This document shows, one piece after another, positions 41,004 to 51,116 of a stretch of DNA of 64,000 bases. Origin of the DNA: Candidatus Poribacteria bacterium (GTDB lineage Bacteria > Poribacteria > WGA-4E > PCPOR2b). The position numbers and the translations under genes are program-made. Numbering within the stretch: the stretch's first letter is position 1; each line of letters opens with the position of its first letter. The notes under the pieces were generated by a model, which was not told the origin of the DNA, searched no databases, and was given only the letters and a program-made list of their open reading frames with translations. The stretch covers positions 2,240,001 through 2,304,000 of the forward strand of contig OZ244587.1 in the NCBI GenBank assembly GCA_965218095.1. Direction: 5' to 3'.

Positions 41004-41249
41004 TCAGCGGCTGCGGTTCTGTCCGCCGTCAAGCCCCATCTCTTCAAGACCGTTTGCTGTTAAGAGACGAATGCCCAGTTGATCTAGTTCTTCCTCTCTG
41101 GTCACTCTGTGAATTTGCTCGGTTACGGATTGAGGAGGCTGTCCAAATTTTTCGACAAGTAGCCGAATCAGGAAGGACTGTTTCTCTTGTTGGAGTCCTT
41201 GCTGGAGTCCCTCCTCAATCCAATCGGTGATAAAACCGGACTGACGCAT
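41004..41249 (-). CDS. Putative intragenic RpnS antitoxin (81 aa)
   Basis: Internal SD AGGAGG (41263-41258) lies 8 nt before the in-frame ATG of MRQSGFITDWIEEGLQQG. Confidence 0.65.
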   Translation of the reverse strand: MRQSGFITDWIEEGLQQGLQQEKQSFLIRLLVEKFGQPPQSVTEQIHRVTREEELDQLGIRLLTANGLEEMGLDGGQNRSR

Positions 41250-41885
41250 CTGTTCCACCTCCTCTCTGAAGAATTCCCATAACCAATCGAGATCAAAATA
41301 ACGGGACGCGATCATCACCACCGTCGCCAATGAATCTGCCCGTTTCTGTGGGGCAGTTTCTTGCAAAATCAGTTCCTTCTCTTGATGCAGCACTGCTTCA
41401 GTCTTCTCCCGTTCCAACATAATCAAGAGTGGGGCAAACTCCCTTAGCTCTCCAGAACGAATGCGGTCCTCATAATCCCACAGTTTTAAGATCGGATAGG
41501 TGAACCGGTGGATGACCTATTCTCCGATTTGAACGACATATTCGCCAGGAGGGTCTGACTCCCGCCACTCCAGATACAACACGATAGTAATTGTCGGCTT
41601 CTTATGCTGATCTGTCAGTTCTGCCGAGAAGGTAAACACATCACGGGGGTAATCAGTCCTGTGTCGGAATTGGAATTCAAAGTGAAGCAGATACTCTTCA
41701 TCTCCGACCCGAAGTCGATGGAGAAAGTCGGTGCGGCGATCTGGCAGGGTGATCTCGACGTTTTCAAGGATCCCAACTAGTTGGAAATTGGAATCGGGAA
41801 AAGCGAGTTTCAGAAACGACTCTGCGTAATGCCGTCCCAGAATCTTCAGAACGCGGTCGAAAAGATTGATATTCCTTGATGCCAC
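41004..41885 (-). pseudogene. Rpn/YhgA-like PD-(D/E)XK nuclease with an in-frame TAG at 41517-41519
   Basis: RRTDFL..LLHFEFQ core and EEGLQQGLQQ repeat. The two ORFs share a frame and the sequence between them is open. Confidence 0.85.
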
Positions 41886-41913
41886 TATAGGATACTCCTG
41901 TCGTAGTGCAGGT

Positions 41914-43773
41914 TTATTTCCGTCTTACTATCTCTGGATACGTCTCCAACGCCTGAAACCACTGTTTGAGATTTGAAACCCGTTGTGCAAATTCGACAGA
42001 GGCTTTGAGGGGACGACCCCGTGTGTCCACCACCAGACCCACTACACCCCCTGTGACCTCTGCTTCGATCGCCCCTCCACGCCCGCCGCCCATATCGAAA
42101 CGGCGATCAGGTTGGAGGCTCACTCTGGCTTTTTCACCGATGCCGAGTGGAAGTAAGCGCAATTCGCCAAACGGCACGTCTTCGGATAGCGTCCCTTTAC
42201 CGGGAATTCTTGCTGTGATCTCCACGCACGGTTCACCAGGCTTGCTGGTGCCGACGGGGGCGATGCAGGCACCCAAATGGATGAGGCAGTCGCGTTCAAA
42301 GACCTGCGTTGCTGCCGCTTCGTTGACCTGTGCAAGGACGCCGAGTTGGGGCATCATAAAGATACTATCAATGGCGAGGTGGGTAATCCCTTCCGGCTGA
42401 AAGGCGTCGATCATCATCAACATTGACTGTTGCCGACGTGGGGCGTGGGAAAGCACACCGCCGCTCCCGACAATCAGATCCAACGATAGCATGTCCACAA
42501 GCGTCCCGCCGGTCTCAGATTGGGAGAAGGCTTCGGAGATGGTGCGCTGCTGCTGCACGCCGCGCAATTCGACTGCAAGCTGTTTGTGCTGATCGAATGC
42601 CAACCGCAAGGCTTCGCGCGCGATGGCTTGCTCGATCATCAGTTCTTCAAGGGTCTGCGGAATCGTCGTCGGGCGAATCATCTTGTTCTTGATCCGATTC
42701 CCAAGGTCGCTGATATTTATGTTAAACGGCACCCAGCGTAAGATATTTTCCGTCCCCGCCTCCGCGAGGACGTTGGAGATGCTGTAACTCATCCCCAGAT
42801 TGGCGCTCACCGTGCGGTTAAAGATCGCCTCATTTTCCTGATTTCTGAAGACCGAGAACACATCAGTCGTTGCGCCCCCGATGTCCACACCGACCACCTG
42901 GATATTTTGCTGCGCTGCGATCGTTTGCATAATCGCTCCGACGGCACCGGGAGTTGGCATAATCGGCGCATCTGTCCAGGAAATCAGTTTTTTGTAGCCG
43001 GGGGCGTGCGCCATGACATGCTCAAGGAATTGCTCTTGGATCTTCAGACGGGTCGGCATCAGATTTTCGCGTTCTAGTACGGGACGTAGATTATCTACAA
43101 TTTCCAACGCCATTTTATCGCCAAGCTGCTCGCCGACAACCTCGTTGGCATCCTTGTTTCCTGCGTAGATCACCGGCAATTCGTAGCTCACGCCTAAACG
43201 GGGTTTTGGATTTGCCGCGGCAATGACTTCTGCTAATTCCGCGACATGAGAGGTTGTCCCACCATCAACGCCGCCTGAGAGAAGAAGCATATCCGGACGT
43301 AGATGGCGGATGCGCTCGATCTTCTCATGGGACAACCGCTTATCGTTGGAAGCAATCACGTCCATGACAATCGCACCCGCGCCAAGCGCCGCCCGTTCTG
43401 CGCTCTCGGCAGTAAGATTGCGCACCACACCCGCGACCACCATCTGCAACCCACCGCCTGCGCTGCTGGTCGAGATATACGCATCAACGCCTTCATCACC
43501 CCCGATGGAATCAGGACTCGAAGCAGCACGCTGCGGTTTGATGATCTGTCTGTCCTTCAAGAACTTGCGTCCAGCGAGCTCTTCGACCTCCGTGATTGCG
43601 TTGATTACCCCGGTGGTGACATCCTCAACCGGTGCCTCAACAGTCGTTGGCGCCTCGCCGCGAACGACGAGATGGTATTCATCGCCACGCTTCTCAATCA
43701 AAATCGCTTTCGTCGTGGTGCTGCCACAATCTGTTGCAAGGATTGAGCGCATCTCCTGTGGCTGGTTTGGCAT
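41914..43773 (-). CDS. GlmL/MutL (glutamate mutase L)-like ASKHA ATPase
   Basis: ATDCGSTTTK, TSSAGGGL, LLSGGVDGG, MPTPGAV, VDIGGATTDVFS. Confidence 0.88.
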   Translation of the reverse strand: MPNQPQEMRSILATDCGSTTTKAILIEKRGDEYHLVVRGEAPTTVEAPVEDVTTGVINAITEVEELAGRKFLKDRQIIKPQRAASSPDSIGGDEGVDAYISTSSAGGGLQMVVAGVVRNLTAESAERAALGAGAIVMDVIASNDKRLSHEKIERIRHLRPDMLLLSGGVDGGTTSHVAELAEVIAAANPKPRLGVSYELPVIYAGNKDANEVVGEQLGDKMALEIVDNLRPVLERENLMPTRLKIQEQFLEHVMAHAPGYKKLISWTDAPIMPTPGAVGAIMQTIAAQQNIQVVGVDIGGATTDVFSVFRNQENEAIFNRTVSANLGMSYSISNVLAEAGTENILRWVPFNINISDLGNRIKNKMIRPTTIPQTLEELMIEQAIAREALRLAFDQHKQLAVELRGVQQQRTISEAFSQSETGGTLVDMLSLDLIVGSGGVLSHAPRRQQSMLMMIDAFQPEGITHLAIDSIFMMPQLGVLAQVNEAAATQVFERDCLIHLGACIAPVGTSKPGEPCVEITARIPGKGTLSEDVPFGELRLLPLGIGEKARVSLQPDRRFDMGGGRGGAIEAEVTGGVVGLVVDTRGRPLKASVEFAQRVSNLKQWFQALETYPEIVRRK

Positions 43774-43774
43774 A

Positions 43775-44077
43775 CTACCCTTTCTCCTCTCCATCTAGTT
43801 TTTCAATCAGTTGGGTGAGCAACTCAACGTTTGCATCCTTTTCGATAATCAAAGCAAATTTCTGGTATTCAGCGGTGTTAAAAATCGATTGCACAAATGG
43901 ATTAAGCGCAATAAGTATTTGACTGCCGAGAAAGTTGAGCGGTTTACAGATCTCAAGGAATAAAATCACCGGCACGGTCAACCGTCGCTTCACAATCTGT
44001 CTCGCAACCTTCGTAAGGAGCGTCTCCTGCTCATCCAGGGAAATTTCATCAAGGGTCAGTGGTATATATTTGATCAT
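43775..44077 (-). CDS. Conserved small hypothetical protein
   Basis: 100-aa ORF abutting the GlmL-like gene; KVARQIVKRRLTVPVILFLE..KPLNFLGSQ. Confidence 0.75.
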   Translation of the reverse strand: MIKYIPLTLDEISLDEQETLLTKVARQIVKRRLTVPVILFLEICKPLNFLGSQILIALNPFVQSIFNTAEYQKFALIIEKDANVELLTQLIEKLDGEEKG

Positions 44078-44115
44078 TTTGTCAGTAAAATAGGGAACAG
44101 AGATCCCAGGAATTT

Positions 44116-45087
44116 TCAGCCCTGAACAAGCTCCAAGACCATTTTTTCTAAATCCGACTCGCCATTTATAATCTGGTTGACGATTTCACAAACACGCAAC
44201 CGGACACCTGATTGGCTTGCTAATGCGGTCACAGCGTCGGACGATGCCACTCCTTCGGCGACGCTTGTCCGTTTTTCCAAAACCTGCTCCAGCGTTTCCC
44301 TCTGTCCCAGCGCATAGCCCAAAGACATATTGCGTGAGCTCCGGCTGCCGCAGGTCAGAATCAGGTCGCCAACGCCGCACGGCTCCATCACCGTTTCCGG
44401 TTTGCCGCCTTTGGCGACGCACAACTGTCTAATCTCCACCAGACCTTCGGCAATCAACGCGGCCTTCGCACTTTCTCCTAGCCCTTTGCCTTCGACGATA
44501 CCGCAGGCGATAGCAATCACGTTTTTCACGGCGCCGCCGATCTGGGCACCTATCACATCACCGGAATGGTGGATGCTGAATCTCGGATGCTCTACCGCGC
44601 GAGCAAGCTGTTTACCAGGCACCACATTGTTATAGGCGATCGTCACCGAAGCCGGAAGCCCCTTTGCCACTTCAGCCGCAAAGGTGGGTCCGCTGAGTAT
44701 AGCCAGCGGATTGGGAAGTGTTTCCTCCACCACCTCGCTCATCAGTTTCAAACTTTGTTGTTCTATCCCTTTACTACAAATAACCAGAGGAAGAGAGGCA
44801 TCCAGCCCGTCTGAATACAGTCGCTCGCAGGTGGCGCGCAGGTACTGGGCAGGCACCACCAAAAACAGTACGTCCTGCTGTAGCATCGTGCCCAAATCAT
44901 TGGTGGCATGAACCCCGAAGGGAAGTTCAATGCCGGAAAGGAACATCGTGTTTTCGTGCTGTGCATTGATAGACGCTACGACCTCTGGTTCCCGCGCCCA
45001 TAAGGTGACCTCACGGCCAGCACGATATGCTGTAACAGCCAATGCCGTCCCCCACGCCCCGGCGCCCACTATCCCGACTTTCTTCAT
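44116..45087 (-). CDS. gpsA: NAD(P)H-dependent glycerol-3-phosphate dehydrogenase
   Basis: GAGAWGTALA, SKGIE, SGPTFA, GGAVKNV, GDLILTC..SRN. Confidence 0.95.
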   Translation of the reverse strand: MKKVGIVGAGAWGTALAVTAYRAGREVTLWAREPEVVASINAQHENTMFLSGIELPFGVHATNDLGTMLQQDVLFLVVPAQYLRATCERLYSDGLDASLPLVICSKGIEQQSLKLMSEVVEETLPNPLAILSGPTFAAEVAKGLPASVTIAYNNVVPGKQLARAVEHPRFSIHHSGDVIGAQIGGAVKNVIAIACGIVEGKGLGESAKAALIAEGLVEIRQLCVAKGGKPETVMEPCGVGDLILTCGSRSSRNMSLGYALGQRETLEQVLEKRTSVAEGVASSDAVTALASQSGVRLRVCEIVNQIINGESDLEKMVLELVQG

Positions 45088-45361
45088 ATCTGCCTCTACG
45101 TTCTTTTCGCCATAGGAGATGTGATTAAAATGATAAACATGGTAGGGATCCAATGATGCCTATTCGATCCTCGCAAGGAATACCTCCTGCTCGTTTTGGG
45201 GGATTTCATTTTGCCAGAAGCCAGGCGAATCGGGTGGTAATCTTTCAAGCAGATTCGGAATTTAAACTGAAAAACAAAAAGGGGAAAGGGGGAAAGCGAG
45301 ATAAGTTAAACCATCTCTGATTTCCCGAAAGGAGAGTTTGCAAATGCAACTTGATAGACTA

Positions 45362-45462
45362 GGGCGTGTTGACAAACTAAAGATGGCGCGGCAGAATCCC
45401 GATTCATCGGGACTCTGCCAGACCTTTCTGTTTCTATGATTTCCGCGGTTTGTCAGCAAAGT
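45362..45462. mobile_element. MITE-like element with an internal hairpin
   Basis: gttgacaaac/gtttgtcagc ends around ggcagaatcccgat-tc-atcgggactctgcc. Confidence 0.5.
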
Positions 45463-45507
45463 AGAGAGGAAATTAGAAAATCTTAGCATGGTAAACTTCG
45501 ACTGGCA

Positions 45508-48039
45508 TCAGCCCAAAGCCGTCAGCATATCGCGCTGGTGTGCCAAGCGGTGCTCCCGCTCCTCGGCGAAGCGTTTAATCCCAGCAAAAATCGACTCGGC
45601 ATCGAGATGCGCCTCCGCGATCACGTCCGACTCAGTACCACCGGTGAGCCACTGATCGTCCCAGTCTGCGGTCAGCGAATATGCGTCCGTCAGCGGCCCA
45701 ACGTCTCTGACCGGCCAGACGCGTCGTGTTCCCGTGGTCACCACCATCATGTCATATTGTGCCCCTGAGGGCAACACCGACTGGCGGTAGGCATCGGATT
45801 GCTGGTCGAACAGTTCTTGACTTACGGTTGCAATGATTTTCACGTTTACTCCCTCGTCCTCCAGTTGTGGTATGACCTCGACCAGATTGACGGTGGAGTT
45901 AGACCCCTGGACGATCACGTATCCGTGTTTGGGTTTGTCCGGATCAAAGTCGCGAATGACGTACAGCCCTTTGGCCGCTGCGTTGAGGTCGCTGTCGGCA
46001 AACATGGTGCGGTCCGCCACCGGAAAATCGGGACGGGCCACTTCGATAATAATGACGCCGACGCGGGGATTGCGGGCTGCGATCTCGGCTGCGGCAAAAT
46101 AGCCCGGAGCGACGTCGTTGTAATCCCAGAAACTGACATGAATTGCCTGACCGCGCGGAAAGAGTTTCCATACCTGGGGCGCAAAAATGCCGAAGTGCGT
46201 GCGGGCATCGGCGGCGGTCTCTGGCCCCGAATGCCCGGCCAGAATATTCAGGACACCCATGCGGAAACGACTGTCCTGGCTCTGCTGACTCCACACCCGG
46301 GCGGGCAGGTACATCAGTGGGGTAAAGGCTCCATAAGTGCCGCTCAAGGCCCAAACCCCGGCGAACTTCTCCGGGTCGAGCGCGGCGCTCTGGCCCACAA
46401 GCCCGATGGCGGTTGATGCGTTCCCCGCTTCCTCAATGGGGGCTTTGAACCGGGTACCGACCGGATTGTCATCCGGACTGTAATGGCCCCACAGGGTGCC
46501 GTGTTCAACGTTAATGGACTCGGAGAGATCGGCTGCAAGGGTGATAAACCGATTGTCGGTTACATAATTCATCCACTTGATAATTTCCGAAATGGCCCGG
46601 CGGGTTCCAGCGACTTCTCCCGCCTTTTTAAATAGGATGATGTCTACTTCCTTTTCCTCGCCAGACACCGGATTCTTCACGGTAAGTGTCTGCGGTTCAA
46701 CCGGGAGATTTTTCACCCGGATGCGGTCATCCAGAAAGGGATCGCGCGTGGTATCAATCCGCAGCGGGAGATCGGCCTGAACCGAATTACCAATTTCTAC
46801 GAGGCGATCAGCCAGCCAGTCTCCCAGTCCATTCTGGTCGAGCAGCGACATCACCACATCGATGTTGGTCTTGAACTGAATCAGACGCTCGCGCTCATCG
46901 GTGACCGGTCCCTGACGAATACCCTCGAATTCCACCCCATAACGCTTCTCAAAGGTCTCGGCAAGGGCGACAAAATACTCCTCATTCATTTTCAACGCGT
47001 ACGGGTGGCTCGAGTAACTGACCAACTGGTCGCCGTATCCCGGAATTTTCCCATCCACCACTCCGGGCCAGTATCCCTTTACCGTCCTGCCGATCACCAC
47101 CATCGGTCGGCGGTCCTCGGGCTCCCAGTCCTCCATGGTTTTGAGGACGGCAAGAATCTGATCATAATCATTGCCGTTTTCAAGGGCGAACACATTCCAG
47201 CCGTAAGAAGTCCACTGGTCTTCGAGCTGGTAGCGCTCATGTTTGGCATCGATCACCCCGCCCACCAGCGTGTCATCAATCCCCGCGTTATTATAGGACA
47301 GCAGGATACGCAGGCGCTTGCCTACCTGCGTTGCGAGGGCCTGGGTTTTTAACTCCTGCGCATGCCCCTCGGTCATGGCAAATTCGCCTTCGAGGGCGAG
47401 GACTTTGAGGGAATCGGGGGCACCCAGAAAGTTCCAGAACGCCGCTTTGCCGGCAGCAGTCGCGATACCAATGCCCGAAGGACCGCCGTTGACATCGTTG
47501 GTCACATCGGTTGTTTCGGCATGACCCGCCAGCGACCGGATGCCGCGCAATTTTGCCTGCGCAAAGAGCGGATGGTCTTCCAAGCCATGCTCTTTCAACA
47601 GAGTTTTCAGGGCGCCTGCGCCGCGTCGAAAACCTAACGCATCGATCGGCAACACGGCAACTTCCGGGGCAACGTGGTAACGCAGAACACCTGTAGCTGT
47701 ATGCTTGCGTGCCATAGCTTCGCCCATGATCATCCACAGGGCATACGCAGTGGGAATGTTATGCCCACCGGCGAGCATGAATTTGTCGCAGAACGGATGC
47801 TTGGGCTGGCGGTAGTCGTAGCGCAGGCCTCCCAGTTCCGGTCCGGCTAAATGGATCGCGACATTGTAAGGCGTGTAGGCCAACGGCCCGCCAAAATGCC
47901 CTGTCTGAGCATAATTTCCGAGCAGCACCAACGTCATACAGGTCATGGAACCGATATCCTCAAGGCGCTCCCGGTCGTATTCCGCCGTCAGTGGCTTAAC
48001 AGGTGACAGTAAAGTGTTCGTAAAAGTGTTCGTGCTCAT
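45508..48039 (-). CDS. Divergent transketolase-like TPP enzyme
   Basis: TGHFGG, GGH, LAGH, ADLSES, GTYGAF, GHSGPETAADARTH; SD aggagg. Confidence 0.85.
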   Translation of the reverse strand: MSTNTFTNTLLSPVKPLTAEYDRERLEDIGSMTCMTLVLLGNYAQTGHFGGPLAYTPYNVAIHLAGPELGGLRYDYRQPKHPFCDKFMLAGGHNIPTAYALWMIMGEAMARKHTATGVLRYHVAPEVAVLPIDALGFRRGAGALKTLLKEHGLEDHPLFAQAKLRGIRSLAGHAETTDVTNDVNGGPSGIGIATAAGKAAFWNFLGAPDSLKVLALEGEFAMTEGHAQELKTQALATQVGKRLRILLSYNNAGIDDTLVGGVIDAKHERYQLEDQWTSYGWNVFALENGNDYDQILAVLKTMEDWEPEDRRPMVVIGRTVKGYWPGVVDGKIPGYGDQLVSYSSHPYALKMNEEYFVALAETFEKRYGVEFEGIRQGPVTDERERLIQFKTNIDVVMSLLDQNGLGDWLADRLVEIGNSVQADLPLRIDTTRDPFLDDRIRVKNLPVEPQTLTVKNPVSGEEKEVDIILFKKAGEVAGTRRAISEIIKWMNYVTDNRFITLAADLSESINVEHGTLWGHYSPDDNPVGTRFKAPIEEAGNASTAIGLVGQSAALDPEKFAGVWALSGTYGAFTPLMYLPARVWSQQSQDSRFRMGVLNILAGHSGPETAADARTHFGIFAPQVWKLFPRGQAIHVSFWDYNDVAPGYFAAAEIAARNPRVGVIIIEVARPDFPVADRTMFADSDLNAAAKGLYVIRDFDPDKPKHGYVIVQGSNSTVNLVEVIPQLEDEGVNVKIIATVSQELFDQQSDAYRQSVLPSGAQYDMMVVTTGTRRVWPVRDVGPLTDAYSLTADWDDQWLTGGTESDVIAEAHLDAESIFAGIKRFAEEREHRLAHQRDMLTALG

Positions 48040-48416
48040 AGCCAACGAAATCCCTCCTGAGTTTGTTAGGGGCCTGGACACATGTTTCTGGACATGAATG
48101 CTGCGTTGTCTTCCAGGGTCGAACGTGTATAGGGGGCTGCCGGGGGCTGCCCATACTACAATCCCGACTGCCAGGGGTAATCCAAAAAATTCTGTCTGAA
48201 CGATTTCTAACTTCACTTACGAATTTGGTTAGAACATTATAACACAATTGCTCAAAAAAAGGGATCGAAAAAAACAGAAAATTTGGCGTTTTGTGGCCAT
48301 GGGGAATTTCTAGATTTTACGCTTGACTCAGTTTATAGGTCGTGGTATAGTAATTTCGTTTTTTTATTGTATCGGGTTTTAGAAATTTGTTCAATAGGAT
48401 CATCCGGGAAAATTCG

Positions 48417-48528
48417 GGGTGGTTCATTTTTGGGCTGAGTTCGGTTGACACTTTCCAAACACCAAATAATCGGAGCACAAGCTAATAGCTTGTGCTCCTG
48501 AAATCGTCAACAAGATCTTGAACCATCC
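48417..48528. mobile_element. MITE-like element enclosing a REP palindrome
   Basis: Ends gggtggttca/tgaaccatcc; inner ggagcacaagct-aat-agcttgtgctcc at 48472-48498. Confidence 0.6.
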
Positions 48529-48550
48529 TGACAACTGAACTTTTTTCGTT

Positions 48551-48949
48551 ATGCCAACTCAATTGACATGCCACACATCACATACCGAGTCCATCCCGCA
48601 GGTAACCGCCCGTGAGCTTAACGATCTATTTGCTGCTGCATGGACGAACCACAAAGAGAGTCAATTTCGTTCGATTCTTGAGCACAGCCTTGCATATATC
48701 GGAGCGTACGATGGGGGTCGACTTGTCGGATTTGTGAACGTAGCGTGGGACGGTGGCATACATGGTTTTCTTCTCGATACAACTGTTCACACCGACTATC
48801 AAGGACACGGTATTGGCAGTCAACTGGTCGAACGAGCTGCCGAAGTAACTGCGCAAAATGGTGTGGAGTGGCTCCATGTCGACTACGAGCCACAACTTGA
48901 AGACTTTTATCAGGCGTGTGGGTTCACGGAGACGAGGGCAGGGTTCTGA
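48551..48949 (+). CDS. GNAT acetyltransferase
   Basis: VHTDYQGHGIGSQLV motif A and FYQACGF. Confidence 0.9.
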   Translation: MPTQLTCHTSHTESIPQVTARELNDLFAAAWTNHKESQFRSILEHSLAYIGAYDGGRLVGFVNVAWDGGIHGFLLDTTVHTDYQGHGIGSQLVERAAEVTAQNGVEWLHVDYEPQLEDFYQACGFTETRAGF

Positions 48950-48997
48950 ATTTGTGCGGATAGTTGGCATCATCACAAGTTATGAAGGAGAAGACCA

Positions 48998-50149
48998 ATG
49001 TCCATTATTGCTGAACCGGATGTGAAGACCGATCGCCTCGGTGGCGTGGATGTGCCATCTGCCGAAGTGCTCAAGAAGATGCATGAGAGTCAGTACATTC
49101 TCCATGCTCGCGGCGGCAAGTCGAGCGAAGTGCCGGTCGAAAAGGTGCTCCTGCCGCGGGAACCGAACACGAGCCCACAGGCTGTCCACGCTGTCAAAGC
49201 GCCTGACGGGGCCGTCTACGCCAATCTAGCCCACATTATCTGCAAGACCAACGACGCGGGCACGATGTGGACGGCGCATGACAAAGGCCCCGGCAGCGGG
49301 CATTTTGAAGTCCTCAAGGACGGGACCTTCATTGGTTTGGGCACTGAGGGTGAACATCCAAACTTGCAAGTAATCATCAAATCGTCGACCGACGAGGGCC
49401 GCACCTGGCAAAAAATCTCCCAGATTCCGAATCCGCCGGGATGCTGGGGCAGTGGGATATGGATCGCGCACCTGCCGGATGACACGTTACTGGCGGCTAT
49501 TGGACATCCGAACCATGTTTTTGAGCAACAGGGGCCCAAGCTGGTGTACAAATCGGGTACGGGTGACCTGTTCGTGTATCGTTCGACCAATGGCGGGCAG
49601 ACGTGGACCGACCCGGCCCATATGCATGACTGGGCGAGCGAGGGGGGCGTCACGCTGACGGCGTCGGGTAAACTGTTCGCGGCGCACCGCTACCAGCGCC
49701 CCATGATGCCCGGTGATCCGCCCGATCTGGAGCAGCGGACAGGCAGCATTAGTCCAGGTTGGCCCTACAAGCACGTATGTGTCGTCGAGTCGGATGATTG
49801 GGGATGCACATGGAAGAACTTTCGCCAGTTCACATCAGTGTTCGGCCAGACGCGCGGCTATCCTGTAGCACTCAGTGACGGCACCGTGATCGTCATTCAC
49901 GACACGCGCTACGGCCCTGGGCCACCTGGCAGCCGGGCCATGATTAGCCGTGACGAAGGTGAGACTTGGGAAGACGAGGTGTACTACTTGGACTATACAA
50001 CCTTCACGGGAAGCTATAATGCCAGCGTTTTACTGGAGAACGATCTTATTCTTACCGTGGCTGCCTCCAGTCAGGCCGGCAACAATTGGGAAGCCGTGAG
50101 AGACAACACCGACGTTTACGCCATACGGTGGAAGCCGGTGAAGCAATAG
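48998..50149 (+). CDS. Sialidase-like BNR/Asp-box beta-propeller
   Basis: Asp boxes STDEGRTW, STNGGQTW, SDDWGCTW, SRDEGETW. Confidence 0.88.
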   Translation: MSIIAEPDVKTDRLGGVDVPSAEVLKKMHESQYILHARGGKSSEVPVEKVLLPREPNTSPQAVHAVKAPDGAVYANLAHIICKTNDAGTMWTAHDKGPGSGHFEVLKDGTFIGLGTEGEHPNLQVIIKSSTDEGRTWQKISQIPNPPGCWGSGIWIAHLPDDTLLAAIGHPNHVFEQQGPKLVYKSGTGDLFVYRSTNGGQTWTDPAHMHDWASEGGVTLTASGKLFAAHRYQRPMMPGDPPDLEQRTGSISPGWPYKHVCVVESDDWGCTWKNFRQFTSVFGQTRGYPVALSDGTVIVIHDTRYGPGPPGSRAMISRDEGETWEDEVYYLDYTTFTGSYNASVLLENDLILTVAASSQAGNNWEAVRDNTDVYAIRWKPVKQ

Positions 50150-50165
50150 GGAATAGGGAGAACGA

Positions 50166-50981
50166 ATGATGGATTTCTGGGATGCACTGTATGAACTGGG
50201 CGTGCGCGATGATATGCTGACTATCGCAGAGAAGGAACAGTTGGATGGGGACGGTTATTTGCCTCTGGAGGGCGTCTTCACGCGCAAACACGCAGCGCGG
50301 ATGCTCGAAACACACAAGAAGCTGTGGGAGATCGAGGGAACAGGCCAGGAAGGCAAGGCTGACTCAGTCGTGAATGCACAGAACAAGTGCGGGTCCGACG
50401 TGTACGACATCTGCTTTACCCACCCGCGTGTGTTGGCTGCGGTGGCGCATGTGCTGAAAGAAGAATTCCTGTCAATGGGGGTTCATCCTGCCGGGCCGCA
50501 TTGGCCGCCCGGCGATGAGAACCAGGGCCTACACACGGATTGCCGTGGTAAGGTCTCATCCGGGAAATTCTACTGCTGTAATTCGATGTGGCCGCTGATG
50601 GATTTCACTGACGACAACGGCCCGACGCGCGTGATACCTGGGAGCCACCTGTTCGGCGCGATACCGTCAGAAGCGCTTGACGATTGCGTAGCAACACAGC
50701 CCGATGAAGTGAAACTGATTATACCGGTCGGCACGGTAGTGATCTTCAATGCGCACCTCTGGCACAGTGCAACGGCAAACCCGAAACGCATTCCTCGCGC
50801 TAACTTAACCAGTTTCTGGTCCCGGCGCGTATTTGATCCCGATGCCGCGAAAGAGAACGGAATCGAATTAAGGGAAGGTAACCGCTGTTCAAATCATCTG
50901 AGCCAGGACGCATTCGATCGCCTCAGTGAGGCAGCACGATGCCTGTTCGACCCGCCGGATGACGAGGATAGTGTAGAGTAG
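50166..50981 (+). CDS. PhyH-family dioxygenase
   Basis: LHTD, NGPTRVIPGSH, LWHS. Confidence 0.9.
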   Translation: MMDFWDALYELGVRDDMLTIAEKEQLDGDGYLPLEGVFTRKHAARMLETHKKLWEIEGTGQEGKADSVVNAQNKCGSDVYDICFTHPRVLAAVAHVLKEEFLSMGVHPAGPHWPPGDENQGLHTDCRGKVSSGKFYCCNSMWPLMDFTDDNGPTRVIPGSHLFGAIPSEALDDCVATQPDEVKLIIPVGTVVIFNAHLWHSATANPKRIPRANLTSFWSRRVFDPDAAKENGIELREGNRCSNHLSQDAFDRLSEAARCLFDPPDDEDSVE

Positions 50982-51116
50982 CGACGCTACACAGGATTCA
51001 AGCAACCTACTCTGGTGGGATGACGTGTCAGGCGCTATGTGCGACATTTTCTGGAAAGAATCGCTGGAGAGGAGAGCACATCGGCTTTCTTATACCTGAC
51101 CGATGAAGGGGAAATC

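Noticed and set aside
41517-41519. TAG read-through (pyrrolysine or recoding) in Rpn, and likewise at 57601-57603
   Set aside because: TAG is a normal stop in many genes here, the sites are non-catalytic, and the CheY relic has other lesions.
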